NCBI GenBank assembly: GCA_000091205.1
Contig: AP006497.2
Source of the DNA: Cyanidioschyzon merolae
Lineage: Eukaryota
Length of the DNA stretch: 64,000 nt
Direction: 5' to 3' (one strand)
In this document: positions 45,557-55,314 of the stretch, in pieces
Position numbering within the stretch: the first letter of the stretch is position 1
Layout of the letters: each line of letters begins with the position of its first letter
Position numbers and translations under genes: made by a program
The notes under the pieces: generated by a model
What the model was told of the DNA's origin: nothing
Seen by the model: the letters and a program-made list of their open reading frames with translations, nothing else
The model's database searches: none

Positions 45557-46198
45557 ATGAGGGCTGCAGCAGGTGTCTGCTTGAAATCACTGAGATCTTG
45601 GGTTTTTCTTGGTTCCACTAGAGGTCACCAGTGTACGCTGTCTGGCTTGGTTGCCCGTACTAGTCAGCAGAGAGGACAAGAGGTGTTTTGGCGTCTAGAG
45701 CGGACCTCGGAAAGCGTGCTCGTACCAACACGACGTTGGTCGTCTAGTTGGCGACGATACGTTGCACATCAGTCGACAGGCGCTGCAGTTGAATCAAAGA
45801 GCACAGTGGGAAAGGCTGAAGAGAACCCTGCCGAAGCAGCAGAGACTATTTCTGTAACCTTTGTGGACCGAGAGGGCGTGCGGCACGCTGTTCGAGCACC
45901 GATCGGCTCCTCGATGCTGGAGGTTGCACACGAAAACCACATTGACCTGGAGGGTGCCTGTGAAGGCTCTCTTGCTTGCTCCACTTGTCACGTCTACGTC
46001 AGTGAGGAACACTTCCGACGCCTACCCGAGCCCACTGACGACGAGAACGATATGCTCGATCTTGCCTTTGGGCTGCAAGAGAACTCGCGTCTGGGCTGCC
46101 AAGTCATAGCGACGAAAGAGCTAGACGGCATGGAACTGACCCTCCCGAAAGCTACTCGGAATATGGCAGTTGATGGGTATGTTCCGAAACCACACTAG
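45557..46198 (+). CDS. Mitochondrial [2Fe-2S] ferredoxin of the adrenodoxin type. The maximal ORF starts at 45404, but that is only 12 nt from the divergent EF-G start codon, so the internal Met at 45557 is more likely.
   Basis: Adrenodoxin-like signatures are ISVTFVDREG..., then CEGSLACSTCHVYV, then DMLDLAFGLQENSRLGCQV. Confidence 0.7.
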   Translation: MRAAAGVCLKSLRSWVFLGSTRGHQCTLSGLVARTSQQRGQEVFWRLERTSESVLVPTRRWSSSWRRYVAHQSTGAAVESKSTVGKAEENPAEAAETISVTFVDREGVRHAVRAPIGSSMLEVAHENHIDLEGACEGSLACSTCHVYVSEEHFRRLPEPTDDENDMLDLAFGLQENSRLGCQVIATKELDGMELTLPKATRNMAVDGYVPKPH

Positions 46199-46829
46199 TC
46201 TTTTCGAGTCAATCGCTTGAACGATAAGAACCGCACGTGAAAGCGTGTCCTGTTGGAAGTAATGACGCTCGCGTGCGAGACCACTGGACATGCAGCCGCC
46301 AGATGTCGGGGAACCAGGCGTTGGGCGAGGAGGCCTAGCGTATGGTGGAGACGCCACCAATGAGGGCCTTGATCAGATATAGCGACCGGGAGACGGACAC
46401 ACAGACAGCATGACTGACGGACTGACAAACCAACCGATCAACTGGCTGACTGAATGGCTAGCAGACTTACTGACTGACAAACTCGAGCAGAGCATGGGAT
46501 CACAGGTCTCATTGCCAACGACAACGACGCAGCAACATGCTCTATGCCTCGCTTTTCATTTCACCGGTTTTGTTGGATGGGTGGCACATTCCTGGAATCC
46601 CACACAAAGAGTGCGGCCAGCATGACCTGACTCTGGCACACGCTCTGCATCCATCGAGCGCTTGAGACCCCAGCCCACGCCAAAGATAAGTCATGCATGA
46701 AGACGTCACTTGTGCTCCAAAAGCAAATCGTGTTTTCCAGGACGCTGAAATTCGGTTTCCTGGTGTGCTTAAAGGCGCTGCAGCCTCGGGAGCTCGACGT
46801 GCTGAACCATACTCTACAGCTCGCTGTCA

Positions 46830-47075
46830 GAAATCCAGGATGTACGGTACTGCAGGGTGGACAAGCTTTCAAATTCGGGGCACGTTGCTGTTTTTCAAAG
46901 GATCAAACGCTGGATATCCAGTTGTCTAGGTCCAAAACCGGTCCAAATTCGGTGTACATCGCTGTTGTTCAAAGGATCAAAAGCTGAATATCCGGTTGTT
47001 TAGGTCCGAAACCATCCAAATTCGGTGTACATCGCTATTTTTCAAACGATCAAAAGCCGTGTATACAGTGATGCA
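46830..47075. repeat. Minisatellite, about 3.3 tandem units of about 74 nt.
   Basis: Unit 1 is TTCAAAGGATCAAACGCTGGATATCCAGTTGTCTAGGTCCAAAACCGGTCCAAATTCGGTGTACATCGCTGTTG at 46894-46967. Unit 2 at 46968-47041 is about 88% identical. Partial degenerate units lie at 46830-46893 and 47042-47075. The overlapping ORFs 46693..46929 and 46697..46987 are artefacts. Confidence 0.75.
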
Positions 47076-47573
47076 GGTAAAGCATGCCTCGAATCTGGTT
47101 CGCTTTGCTGTTCTGCAAACAGTCATTGATTGTGAGCAAGTGCAACAGCGTCGCCTCGGATAGACGCTTACGAAAGTGTCGTCCTTGATCTGAAACTGGG
47201 TTGGCATACGTATCGTAGACTTGCCCGGATGCGCCAGCGGGGCGCTCCCATCGACGGCATCAAGCTGCATTTAGTGAGCGTACGCTTTCGTCTGCATGAT
47301 TCAGGACTGGTGGATACGTTTGGGTATTCCCTTCCAAACGTCCTCAGCGACTTTTTCCATGAATACGTCCTAGCACATGTGCTCAAGAGGGCAGCCCCGA
47401 AGGGTCTGGCTAGAACTGCTGCACCTCATGCGTGCATGTGCCGCCGCCGAGCTCCCTTTCGCATACCCGGGAGAGAAGCCACAAACACACACACCGTTAT
47501 CGTCGTGCTTTTCGTTGCTCTCGTCAGCATCTTTGTAGCTTTATACAGTGCTGTCACCATGCAGACGAGCAAT

Positions 47574-49163
47574 CTAGTCGCGGTACTTCATTTCCGAAAT
47601 GGACCAACCAACGGGGTCAAACTGTCGAGCGAAGCGGTGCACTTTGTCCCGAAGCTCCAACAAGGAAGGAAAGCGCGTGCCCTCAGCGCCGTCCGCCATT
47701 AAAGCTCGAAAATCCTTGAGCTTGGGTCCAGCAATCTTCTTGAGCTCTCCCGTAACCTTCAGTCCCTCGTCAACGAGCTCGGCAATGCGTGCAAAGTCTT
47801 TTTCTGTGCAGCCCCGAGTCGTCATGGCGTGCGCACCCATCCGAATGCCGGAAGGATTCATCGCACTTAGATCACCTGGTACCGTGTTCTTGTTGAGCGA
47901 AATATCTGCGAGCTCAAGAACTCGCTCAGCACGAGCTCCATCCAAACCACGGGAGCGCAGGTCGCACAACAGCAGATGATTGTCTGTGCCGCCACTCACA
48001 ATGCTAACGCCGCGTTCCGTCAAACCGCGAGCGAGCGCCTGAGCGTTCGCAAGAACCTGGCGCTGGTACTCTTTGAACTCTGGTGATTTGGCCATCTTCA
48101 GGGCTACTGCTAAGGCACAGATTGTATGGTTGTGAGGTCCGCCCTGGAGTCCGGGGAACACGGCGTTCTTAATTGGATTTTCCAGGTCGTACTCCTCTAT
48201 GATTCCTGTTTTGGGGTCCTTGCTCTTCACGCCTTTGCGGTAAAAGATGAGCGCACCGCGCGGGCCCCGAAGCGCCTTGTGTGTCGTCGTCGTGACGACG
48301 TCTGCATATTCGAACGGCGACGGTATCACACCAGCCGCAACCAGACCACTAATATGCGCGATATCGGCAAGGAGGTATGCCCCTTGCGAGTCGGCGATTT
48401 TGCGCATCCGCTCGTAGTCATAGAGCCGCGAGTAAGCCGAAGCGCCCGCAATCAACAAACGGGGTCTGAAGAGGTTCGCCAATTCCTCTAGCTTGTCGTA
48501 ATCGATGCGCCCGGTAGCCTCGTTTAGGCGATAGGGCATGCTCTCGAAAAAGATGCTCGTAGCGGACACACGCTTCTTGGCTGTCATGAACCCGTGACTC
48601 AAATGGCCGCCGTGCGGTAGGTCAAGCGCCATGATGCGATCATGGGGCCGTAGCAGGGCAGTATAGACGGCCATATTCGCTGGTGACCCGGAGAGCGCCT
48701 GCACGTCAACCCCCCAGCGCTCTGGATCCAGGGAAAACGCTTCCAGTGCCCTTTGCGTACATAGCATTTCCGAGCGGTCAATCCACTCATTCCCTCCATA
48801 ATACCTGGCCCCTGGTCGGCCTTCCGAATACTTGTTGGTTAGAGGCGACCCAATGGCCTCGAGAACGGCTCTCGGTGCAAAGTTCTCCGACGGAATGAGC
48901 GTCACACAAGACCACTGACGCTGCTTCTCTCGTTCTATTATTTCCACAATATCTGGGTCCACTTCCGCTAAGGAAGCGTTCAACACCGGTTCCGCTGTTC
49001 CACGACGCTCCGGCGAGGGTACCGGTTGAGCCGCCGCGAAGAAGCGCTGTCCTCTCGTTGAATTCACCGCCAAGAGGCCCCGTAGTGCGTCTAAGGTTTT
49101 ATTCGCCCCCCAGGTGCCCTTCGAACGACTAATGAATGAGCGTAGAGTAGCAGATGAGAGCAT
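47574..49163 (-). CDS. SHMT: Serine hydroxymethyltransferase (SHMT), probably mitochondrial (N-terminal presequence).
   Basis: SHMT signatures include [27 protein letters not shown], and the PLP-lysine motif [19 protein letters not shown]. Homology is colinear over the whole length. An N-terminal extension of about 60 aa is present. Confidence 0.9.
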   Translation of the reverse strand: MLSSATLRSFISRSKGTWGANKTLDALRGLLAVNSTRGQRFFAAAQPVPSPERRGTAEPVLNASLAEVDPDIVEIIEREKQRQWSCVTLIPSENFAPRAVLEAIGSPLTNKYSEGRPGARYYGGNEWIDRSEMLCTQRALEAFSLDPERWGVDVQALSGSPANMAVYTALLRPHDRIMALDLPHGGHLSHGFMTAKKRVSATSIFFESMPYRLNEATGRIDYDKLEELANLFRPRLLIAGASAYSRLYDYERMRKIADSQGAYLLADIAHISGLVAAGVIPSPFEYADVVTTTTHKALRGPRGALIFYRKGVKSKDPKTGIIEEYDLENPIKNAVFPGLQGGPHNHTICALAVALKMAKSPEFKEYQRQVLANAQALARGLTERGVSIVSGGTDNHLLLCDLRSRGLDGARAERVLELADISLNKNTVPGDLSAMNPSGIRMGAHAMTTRGCTEKDFARIAELVDEGLKVTGELKKIAGPKLKDFRALMADGAEGTRFPSLLELRDKVHRFARQFDPVGWSISEMKYRD

Positions 49164-50040
49164 AGAGGCAGTTTATTGAGAGTTATAGCGCACAAGGCGT
49201 GTGAAAACTGGCGGAGCGCACCGCAGGCGTCAGCGATGCGAAACAGCCGGTAAAGGACGCAGATGAATTCGTGGCCGCAGGGACGCGCAGCGCCATGGCG
49301 GCACGCTCGGACGCTGTTGCTACCAAAAGCAGGGGAAGCTCCATGCCGCAGGCCCTGGAGGGTTCCCCCAATGCAGCCCAGATGATGCACACCGTGCAGC
49401 TAGATGCACTCTTCTCCCATGCAGCATAGTCTTATCTTCCAGAGGTACATCGCACCGAAGCTGGTGTGGCGTCCTCGGTTGCACCAGCTGCGGGGCGACG
49501 TCTGCGAGAAACTCTTCAGTGCGTACGATTGTGGAATACTGAACGCACCTGGTTTCCATTTGCCAAAATGTCAAGACTGTCCAGGTATAATTCATGTGAA
49601 GAACAGGATATCCGTTTGGTTCATTCGAGGCTTGTCTCCGGAACGGCTTCGAAATGAGACCAATCATCGTGATCGGGGCAGATCTGTGGTCTCCATGTGA
49701 ATGGCGATACCTGCGGGCGGGGCTGTTGCAGCAGCTTGCAAAGAATGAGACGGTTCCGTTTTTGTAAATGCGTGTACAAGACGGGTCTCTCGCAGAGCTC
49801 GAGAACAATATCGCGTACGCTATCGTAGCGTGGTTGATCATGCAGGCATCGTGCGGATGCACTTCGCCCATCGAAAGACTTCGCTGCGCATATCCGTGCC
49901 GGGCAGGGGAGCAGAATGCTATCGATACTGGCTCGGTGTCCTCATTTGCTGCTTCGGCTTACGGAGGCAGTAGCGAATTGTGCACGGGATCGATGTTGTC
50001 GAAAAGAGCGCCTCTGCGATGAGGCGACCTGAGACATTGA

Positions 50041-50200
50041 ATTGATATCGGGCAAATCCATTCCCAGCGGGCAACTGGAAGTTCGACGCTCGGCAGCGGG
50101 ATCTCGTGGAAGGCAGTACCCGTAGCAGCGATTTGATATCGGGTAAATCCATCCCCAGCGGGCAACTGGAAGTTCGACGCTCGGCAGCGGGATCCCGTGT
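50041..50200. repeat. Tandem direct repeat, two units of about 68 nt separated by a 23-nt spacer.
   Basis: Unit 1 at 50041-50108 and unit 2 at 50132-50200 both read TTGATATCGGG[C/T]AAATCCAT[T/C]CCCAGCGGGCAACTGGAAGTTCGACGCTCGGCAGCGGGATC[T/C]CGTG, about 94% identical. Confidence 0.7.
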
Positions 50201-51299
50201 ACGAGAAGGCCAAAGCACATGAGCACCCCAACGGGACAAGTCGCGAGCCACTCGCACGATTTGCCGCTGCAGCAAGGTCAGCGAATCGAAACAGAAGACC
50301 ATGGATGGGCGGAAGCTGCCCAACACAGCCAGGAATGTCTGCGTTTTTCTCCAGAAAACTCTAAAAGTTGCAAATCTCAGAACGGTTTGCGTATTTGTTG
50401 AACGCTTGGACGCCAACACGGATACGGGACGATTTTCGAGAGTTTCGCCTCAACGCATGTACTGGAGCCTCTGGACGGACAGCATATCCGCGCGAAGAGA
50501 TTCCATATGTTTCCAGAGACAAAAAGTTTACGTTGATCGGGGATCCCATATTGCGGAATGGGTATTGGCTGTCGGGAAAGTGTCCATCATCCTGCGCTAT
50601 ACTCCCAGATTCCATCACCTGTTCTCGGGTGTACTGGTCGTTTTCTACGTTCGATTTTGCACCGAGCCTGCGGTGAGAACCCGCCTCAGCGCTTATACCG
50701 CTAGAGCAGAAGCATCACGGAGACCGGACTGCTTTGTCATACCAGTGAGGGCGGCGACTCGAGGCAGGGTGCACCCCGCACGGAATCCGAGGACAGTATC
50801 ATTCTGGAGCCGACAATCTGCGCAGGCAGACGTACTGCCTGCGGCACCGCAAAGAGATGTGCTGGGAGACCACGTCGACTAGGGCGATGGCTGGGTGCAT
50901 CCGAACCACTCCTGTTCCCAGAATAAACCTGCATTGCGGACGAGCTGCTCAGGTCTCTTCACAGCACTAGGCACTGGGAAGAGCACGACGCACTTACATA
51001 GCAGACTCGGTCGGCACGCCGGACATTCCGCCTCGAAGGTAAACTTTCCACAATACGGAAACCTTTTCCCCCTTTTAACGCCTACTGTGAAGGTCGAACG
51101 AAAGTATCATCGAATTGCCAGTTAGTGTTTAGCTTCTGTTGTTTTTTCTATAGTGCGGTCGATACGCGCACCTCGATTCCTGGCAGGCATGACACACGAG
51201 ATGCATCTCGCAGTTGATGAGAAACGCGATCCTTTTTTCGCGTGTTGCTCTAGCGTACAAGATGTATTTGCCTGAGCGTAATACCAAAGTAAGTTTCCC

Positions 51300-53600
51300 A
51301 ACTGAATTGTGTTCCATTCCCAAATTAGTGTATTCAAGTGATTTTTCTCGGTTTATAGGAGACGCGTTCGAAGCGCGTTCATCGTCAGAAATGGAAAATA
51401 CCAGAGCAAGTTATGGACATGGAAGTCGAGGATCCTGGAGGGCCGGTGTCGCCGGCTGCCGGAAAAATTAGGGAAAACAGTGGCGAGCAAAGAGGAACAG
51501 AAGAAGAAGAAGCCAAGCCAGGAGGACCGACATCAATGACTGCTAGAAAGACAACAATGCGACGAGTTGGTTGTGACAGCCTGTCTTCTTGGACATATCA
51601 CAGATCCGTGCAAGCCAAAGTTGCAAGCGGCCATCAGAAATCGTGTCATTTCGTACTCCCTGAGTATTCGAAATGCTTCTTCAGGACTAATGAATTTGGT
51701 GAGCAAGATATATCGCAGCGTGACAATTACGAAAACAGTCGAGATTCCGGAGGAATTTATCTACAAGAGCTTCATTTGTCACCTGATGGTTGGCACAAGG
51801 GAATCATCGAGGAGAAATGGGGGAGTGCACACCCTCCACGAAACCGACGGGGCAACAAAGTACCACAAGAGCCTGAAGAATCATATGACCATGAACCTCG
51901 AACGTTTCATGATACGCGCAGTGTTTGCGCCATACCCGGGAATCTCTCGCAAAGGAATATGGGCGACTATCAATGGCATCACGAACGATGGTCATCATGA
52001 AGATGAGATAGAATTCATCGACAAGAAGACGTCACACAGGAGCAAGAATGAAGCTTCTGTAATCCGTGCGCGTATTCAAGAGCGTCGTGGGTTACTGGGC
52101 GGGCGGATCCAACAGAAAAGATATCAGAGTTGAAAAAAAATATGCAAAGATACTATCGCCTCATCCTACGGTATTTCATGTTCCTGGATCGAGAACTCGA
52201 ACGCAAGGCAGAGGTGACGTTAAGTGGGGGAAAATGAAGAGTGGGAGAGACGGAAGGCTCTCCTAATAGGAGAGCGCTTCAAAGTCGTTCCGTTGTGGAA
52301 CATGAAGTCACATTTTGTGACTACCGACTCCAGAGTCCTTTACGGTATCATGGAGGTGATCAGTTCGGAGTTCGATGTAAGGAAGACAGAGTTCTCTGGT
52401 GAAACCCGGGAACGAACTGGAAGAATATCTTCGATTTCAAACGTCTGAAAGTAAGCAAACAAAAGGTATTCACTGGTATGATCGAAACAGATGGGGTAAC
52501 CATGTGTGTACACTATCGGTGCTTGAAGGTGGATCGCCCAGTTCCGCTCGTGACGAAGCATGAAGATGAGAAGGAGGCGGATCCTTCGACGCAGAAAGTG
52601 CAGGATAACGACTTTGTTGTTGGCGCGGACCCCGGGGAATATGAATATCATAACCAACGCAGCACCCAAGCGTGCGGAAGGTGGCATTGACGGTACCTTA
52701 CGTCAGAAAGACATGCGACTTTTCAGGTTTTCGAGAGCGAAATGCTATCTAGAAACGGGTAGAATGAATGCGAGGAAAAAAATCGAGAAATGGAATGCAG
52801 GAATGAGAGAGCACCTGGAAGCTGTGAGCGATGTGACGAGCCACGGAGCGGACGTTCAGGCTTTTCTGAAATTCATGGAAGTTCGCATATGGCGCACCGG
52901 GATGCGCTGTGGGAGGAGTATGCCAAGCCCCGGTGGGCTCGTTTGCGAATGAATCTATACGGTGGTAAGCAGCGGGCATTTGCGAATTTTTTCAATGAGT
53001 TGAGCTCCCTGAAGGAGGACGAGAGTCAGAGGCTGGTTGTAGCATACGGAGCAGGTCGCTGGATGATCCCGAACGAGACTACGCCAGCTCCAAGGACAAG
53101 AACGTACAAAGAGTGCGCATAGCGTTCCGGCACGATACCTGTAGATGAGTTCCGAACATCGTATACACACCATGAACTGGGGTGTATACTCCAGAGGGTG
53201 TAGATGGAAAAGTGTCAGCGGAGTCCTGAGGATATAGCAAAGTACGGAGCGCTGACGGAGGAGCAAATGGAAAGGGGGCGAAAGTTCGAGGACTTCTCGC
53301 ATTGGTACGTACAATCAATGGCAAGAAACGTATGGAGTTTGTGAACCGAGGCTTGAACGCCGCCATCAATATCAGGAGATGTGCGGTGCTGGAGACGAGA
53401 CCTCCAAAGCTGACGAGAGAGAATTTTGTGGGGGAACCTCTTATGGTCATATTATACGGCAAGAAGCTGGAACCACTCGTAGGTTGCCGGTCCAAAAAAA
53501 CCGGGAGGCGTCTGCACGTCAGTTGGACGCTTTTCGTCTGGGGCGCCGGTCGCCGCCACTTTTGTACACCGCCGGCGGCTGCGTTTTTCTTTAGAACGGC
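51300..53600 (+). mobile_element. Longest copy of the TnpB/Fanzor-like element. It holds a coding scaffold of about 2.2 kb for an OMEGA-type RuvC nuclease, fragmented across eight overlapping frames, and has no adjacent mariner transposase.
   Basis: ORFs 51413..52000, 51567..52133, 52066..52266, 52224..52448, 52478..52690, 52560..52952, 52790..53122 and 53302..53661 are all on the plus strand in shifting frames. A candidate RuvC-I motif is [10 protein letters not shown] at about 52610. RuvC-III reads FVNRGLNAAINIRRCAVLETRPPKLTREN at 53361-53375. The 5' leader TATGGACATGGAAGTCGAGGATCCTGGAGG at 51411 and the terminal GGGAGGCGTCTG at 53504 are shared with the other copies. Confidence 0.6.
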
Positions 53601-53661
53601 CTTCGGTGTTAGCGTTGGCACTAGCAGTTTATCATGTTCAGCTACGCTGGAAACGCTTTGA
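51413..53661 (+). pseudogene. TnpB/Fanzor-like RNA-guided endonuclease gene. The reading frame is disrupted by seven or more frameshifts. It is either pseudogenised or interrupted by short introns.
   Basis: See the mobile_element entry at 51300-53600. The C-terminal D-x-NAAINI plus a conserved tail match the IS605 OrfB/TnpB/Fanzor RuvC-III motif. No single ORF longer than 195 aa survives. Confidence 0.5.
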
Positions 53662-55037
53662 CCCGTCTTACATTTAGCAATGGAATAGAACGTGAACATC
53701 GGAGCGAGTTGACGGGTAGCAGTCGCTCCAGACGGTCGCACCGCCAGGTAACGCTGCCGCTGCGGACGTACGCAGCACGTACGCGCGCTTATAGCTCCGC
53801 CGATGCTACCAAATTTTTGGATGCGAGGAAGTTACCGTTTTTGAGAGCAACGAAAGTGATCAATTGCTGCTCGAGCTTGTCGATGCGGGACTCGGGCAGC
53901 AGTGGTGCAACCGGCACCGCCCCTGTTGGCACCAACAGAAACACAGCAGCGCAGCGGGTCGGACGCGCTGCAGTTGACTGGCAGTCTCTCGGTTTCGGGT
54001 TCACGCCGACCAACTGCTACGTCAAAGCGGTCTGGAGAGAGCAAACTGGGACCTGGTCTCCTGTAGAGGTCGTCCCATACGGACCCAACGGTGAAGCTAC
54101 GTTCCCTCTGCACGTCGCGTCGACGGCCCTGCACTATGGACAGTCCATATTCGAGGGCCTCAAAGCGTTTGCATGTGCCGACGGGCACGTTCGATTGTTT
54201 CGTCCACAGGAGAATGCCCGCCGTCTCGAGCGCTCGGCCTTGCGTCTGAATATGCCAGTGGTACCAGCTGCGCTTTTCCTCGAGGCGGTGACCCGATGTG
54301 TATACGAAAATCTGGAATTCGTGCCCCCGTATGTCGAACAAGGCGGTGGCGGATCACTCTATGTACGCCCTGTTCTGTTCGGATCTGGAGGTCGCATTGG
54401 CCTCGGCCCAGCTGATGAGTATACCTTTATGGTGCTGGTGGTGCCGGTCGGCAACTACTACAAGGGCGGCTTATCGCCAGTCACAGCATACATATCCACG
54501 AATTATGATCGAGCTGCGCCCCGCGGTGTGGGTCACGTCAAAGTGGCAGGCAACTACGCCGCCGACTTGAAACCGAGCATGGAAGCGAAACAACGAGGCT
54601 ACCCGATCAATCTCTATTTGGATGCGCGTGAGCAAAAGTTTATCGAGGAATTCGGAACCAGCAATTTTTCTGCGGTACGCTATCTAGATGAAAACGGAAA
54701 CCGATATGTATACGTTACACCAGACAGTCCCTCGGTTCTGGAAGGTGTCACCAACAAAACGCTCATGGAGCTTTCACTAGATGCAGGGATGAAGGTGGAG
54801 CGACGACGCATTCCTGTCGAGGAGTTGGCAACGTTCGATGAGGTGTTCGCCTCGGGAACCGCTGTTGTGATCACAGCTGTGGACCAGATTGTATATGGTG
54901 ATCAGGTCATCGGCATCGGTAAGCATCCCGGCTCTGGTCAGGTAGGACCTGTGGCGCGCCGACTCTACGACACCGTGCGCGGGCTTCAGACGGGGCGATT
55001 GCCAGACCGGCACGGATGGACGTATTTGGTCGCCTGA
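53634..55037 (+). CDS. BCAT: Branched-chain amino acid aminotransferase (BCAT, PLP fold type IV), probably mitochondrial. The conserved domain starts at about aa 107. Alternative start Mets (for example 53883) would avoid overlap with the upstream repeat's right end.
   Basis: BCAT signatures include GFGFTPTNCYVKAVW, LHYGQSIFEGLKAF..DGHVRLFRPQENARRL, YVRPVLFGSG, the PLP-lysine region, and GTSNFSAV..EVFASGTAVVITAV. Confidence 0.85.
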   Translation: MFSYAGNALTRLTFSNGIEREHRSELTGSSRSRRSHRQVTLPLRTYAARTRAYSSADATKFLDARKLPFLRATKVINCCSSLSMRDSGSSGATGTAPVGTNRNTAAQRVGRAAVDWQSLGFGFTPTNCYVKAVWREQTGTWSPVEVVPYGPNGEATFPLHVASTALHYGQSIFEGLKAFACADGHVRLFRPQENARRLERSALRLNMPVVPAALFLEAVTRCVYENLEFVPPYVEQGGGGSLYVRPVLFGSGGRIGLGPADEYTFMVLVVPVGNYYKGGLSPVTAYISTNYDRAAPRGVGHVKVAGNYAADLKPSMEAKQRGYPINLYLDAREQKFIEEFGTSNFSAVRYLDENGNRYVYVTPDSPSVLEGVTNKTLMELSLDAGMKVERRRIPVEELATFDEVFASGTAVVITAVDQIVYGDQVIGIGKHPGSGQVGPVARRLYDTVRGLQTGRLPDRHGWTYLVA

Positions 55038-55314
55038 GCGCTGTTCACGGTGCGTTTCCACAGCAACAGGCAGCCGCGTTTGCATACCTCTCACAGAAAG
55101 CAGTGACGAATGAAGAACTGTCTGCGAGCATGTCGGCGCATACGATTTTATGATACGAATGCTGTGCGGCTAGCGACTCAGGAACGAAAGCGCACGCGTC
55201 TCAGTACTTGGCCAAGCTCGATCGAATTCCGATGGACTGGGGAGCGTTTGCGTCAGCCAGTGTTCCATTGCTCGCGCTTTCCAGTGTGAATCGCGAGGCT
55301 AGATCGCCCTAGTA

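Noticed and set aside
49320-49871. 183-aa minus-strand ORF upstream of the SHMT gene
   Set aside because: It has no homology and lies in the probable SHMT promoter or 5' region. It is likely spurious.
42326-50200. Possible CRISPR arrays among the tandem repeats at 42326-42490, 46830-47075 and 50041-50200
   Set aside because: These are two or three long units (68-83 nt) with no regularly sized unique spacers. They sit in a eukaryotic gene context and no cas genes are present. They are ordinary tandem duplications or minisatellites.
50301-50882. 193-aa plus-strand ORF immediately upstream of the long Fanzor-like copy, considered as a possible transposase partner
   Set aside because: No HTH or DDE-like motifs are present, and it does not align with the mariner transposase fragments of the other copies. 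I left it unannotated.
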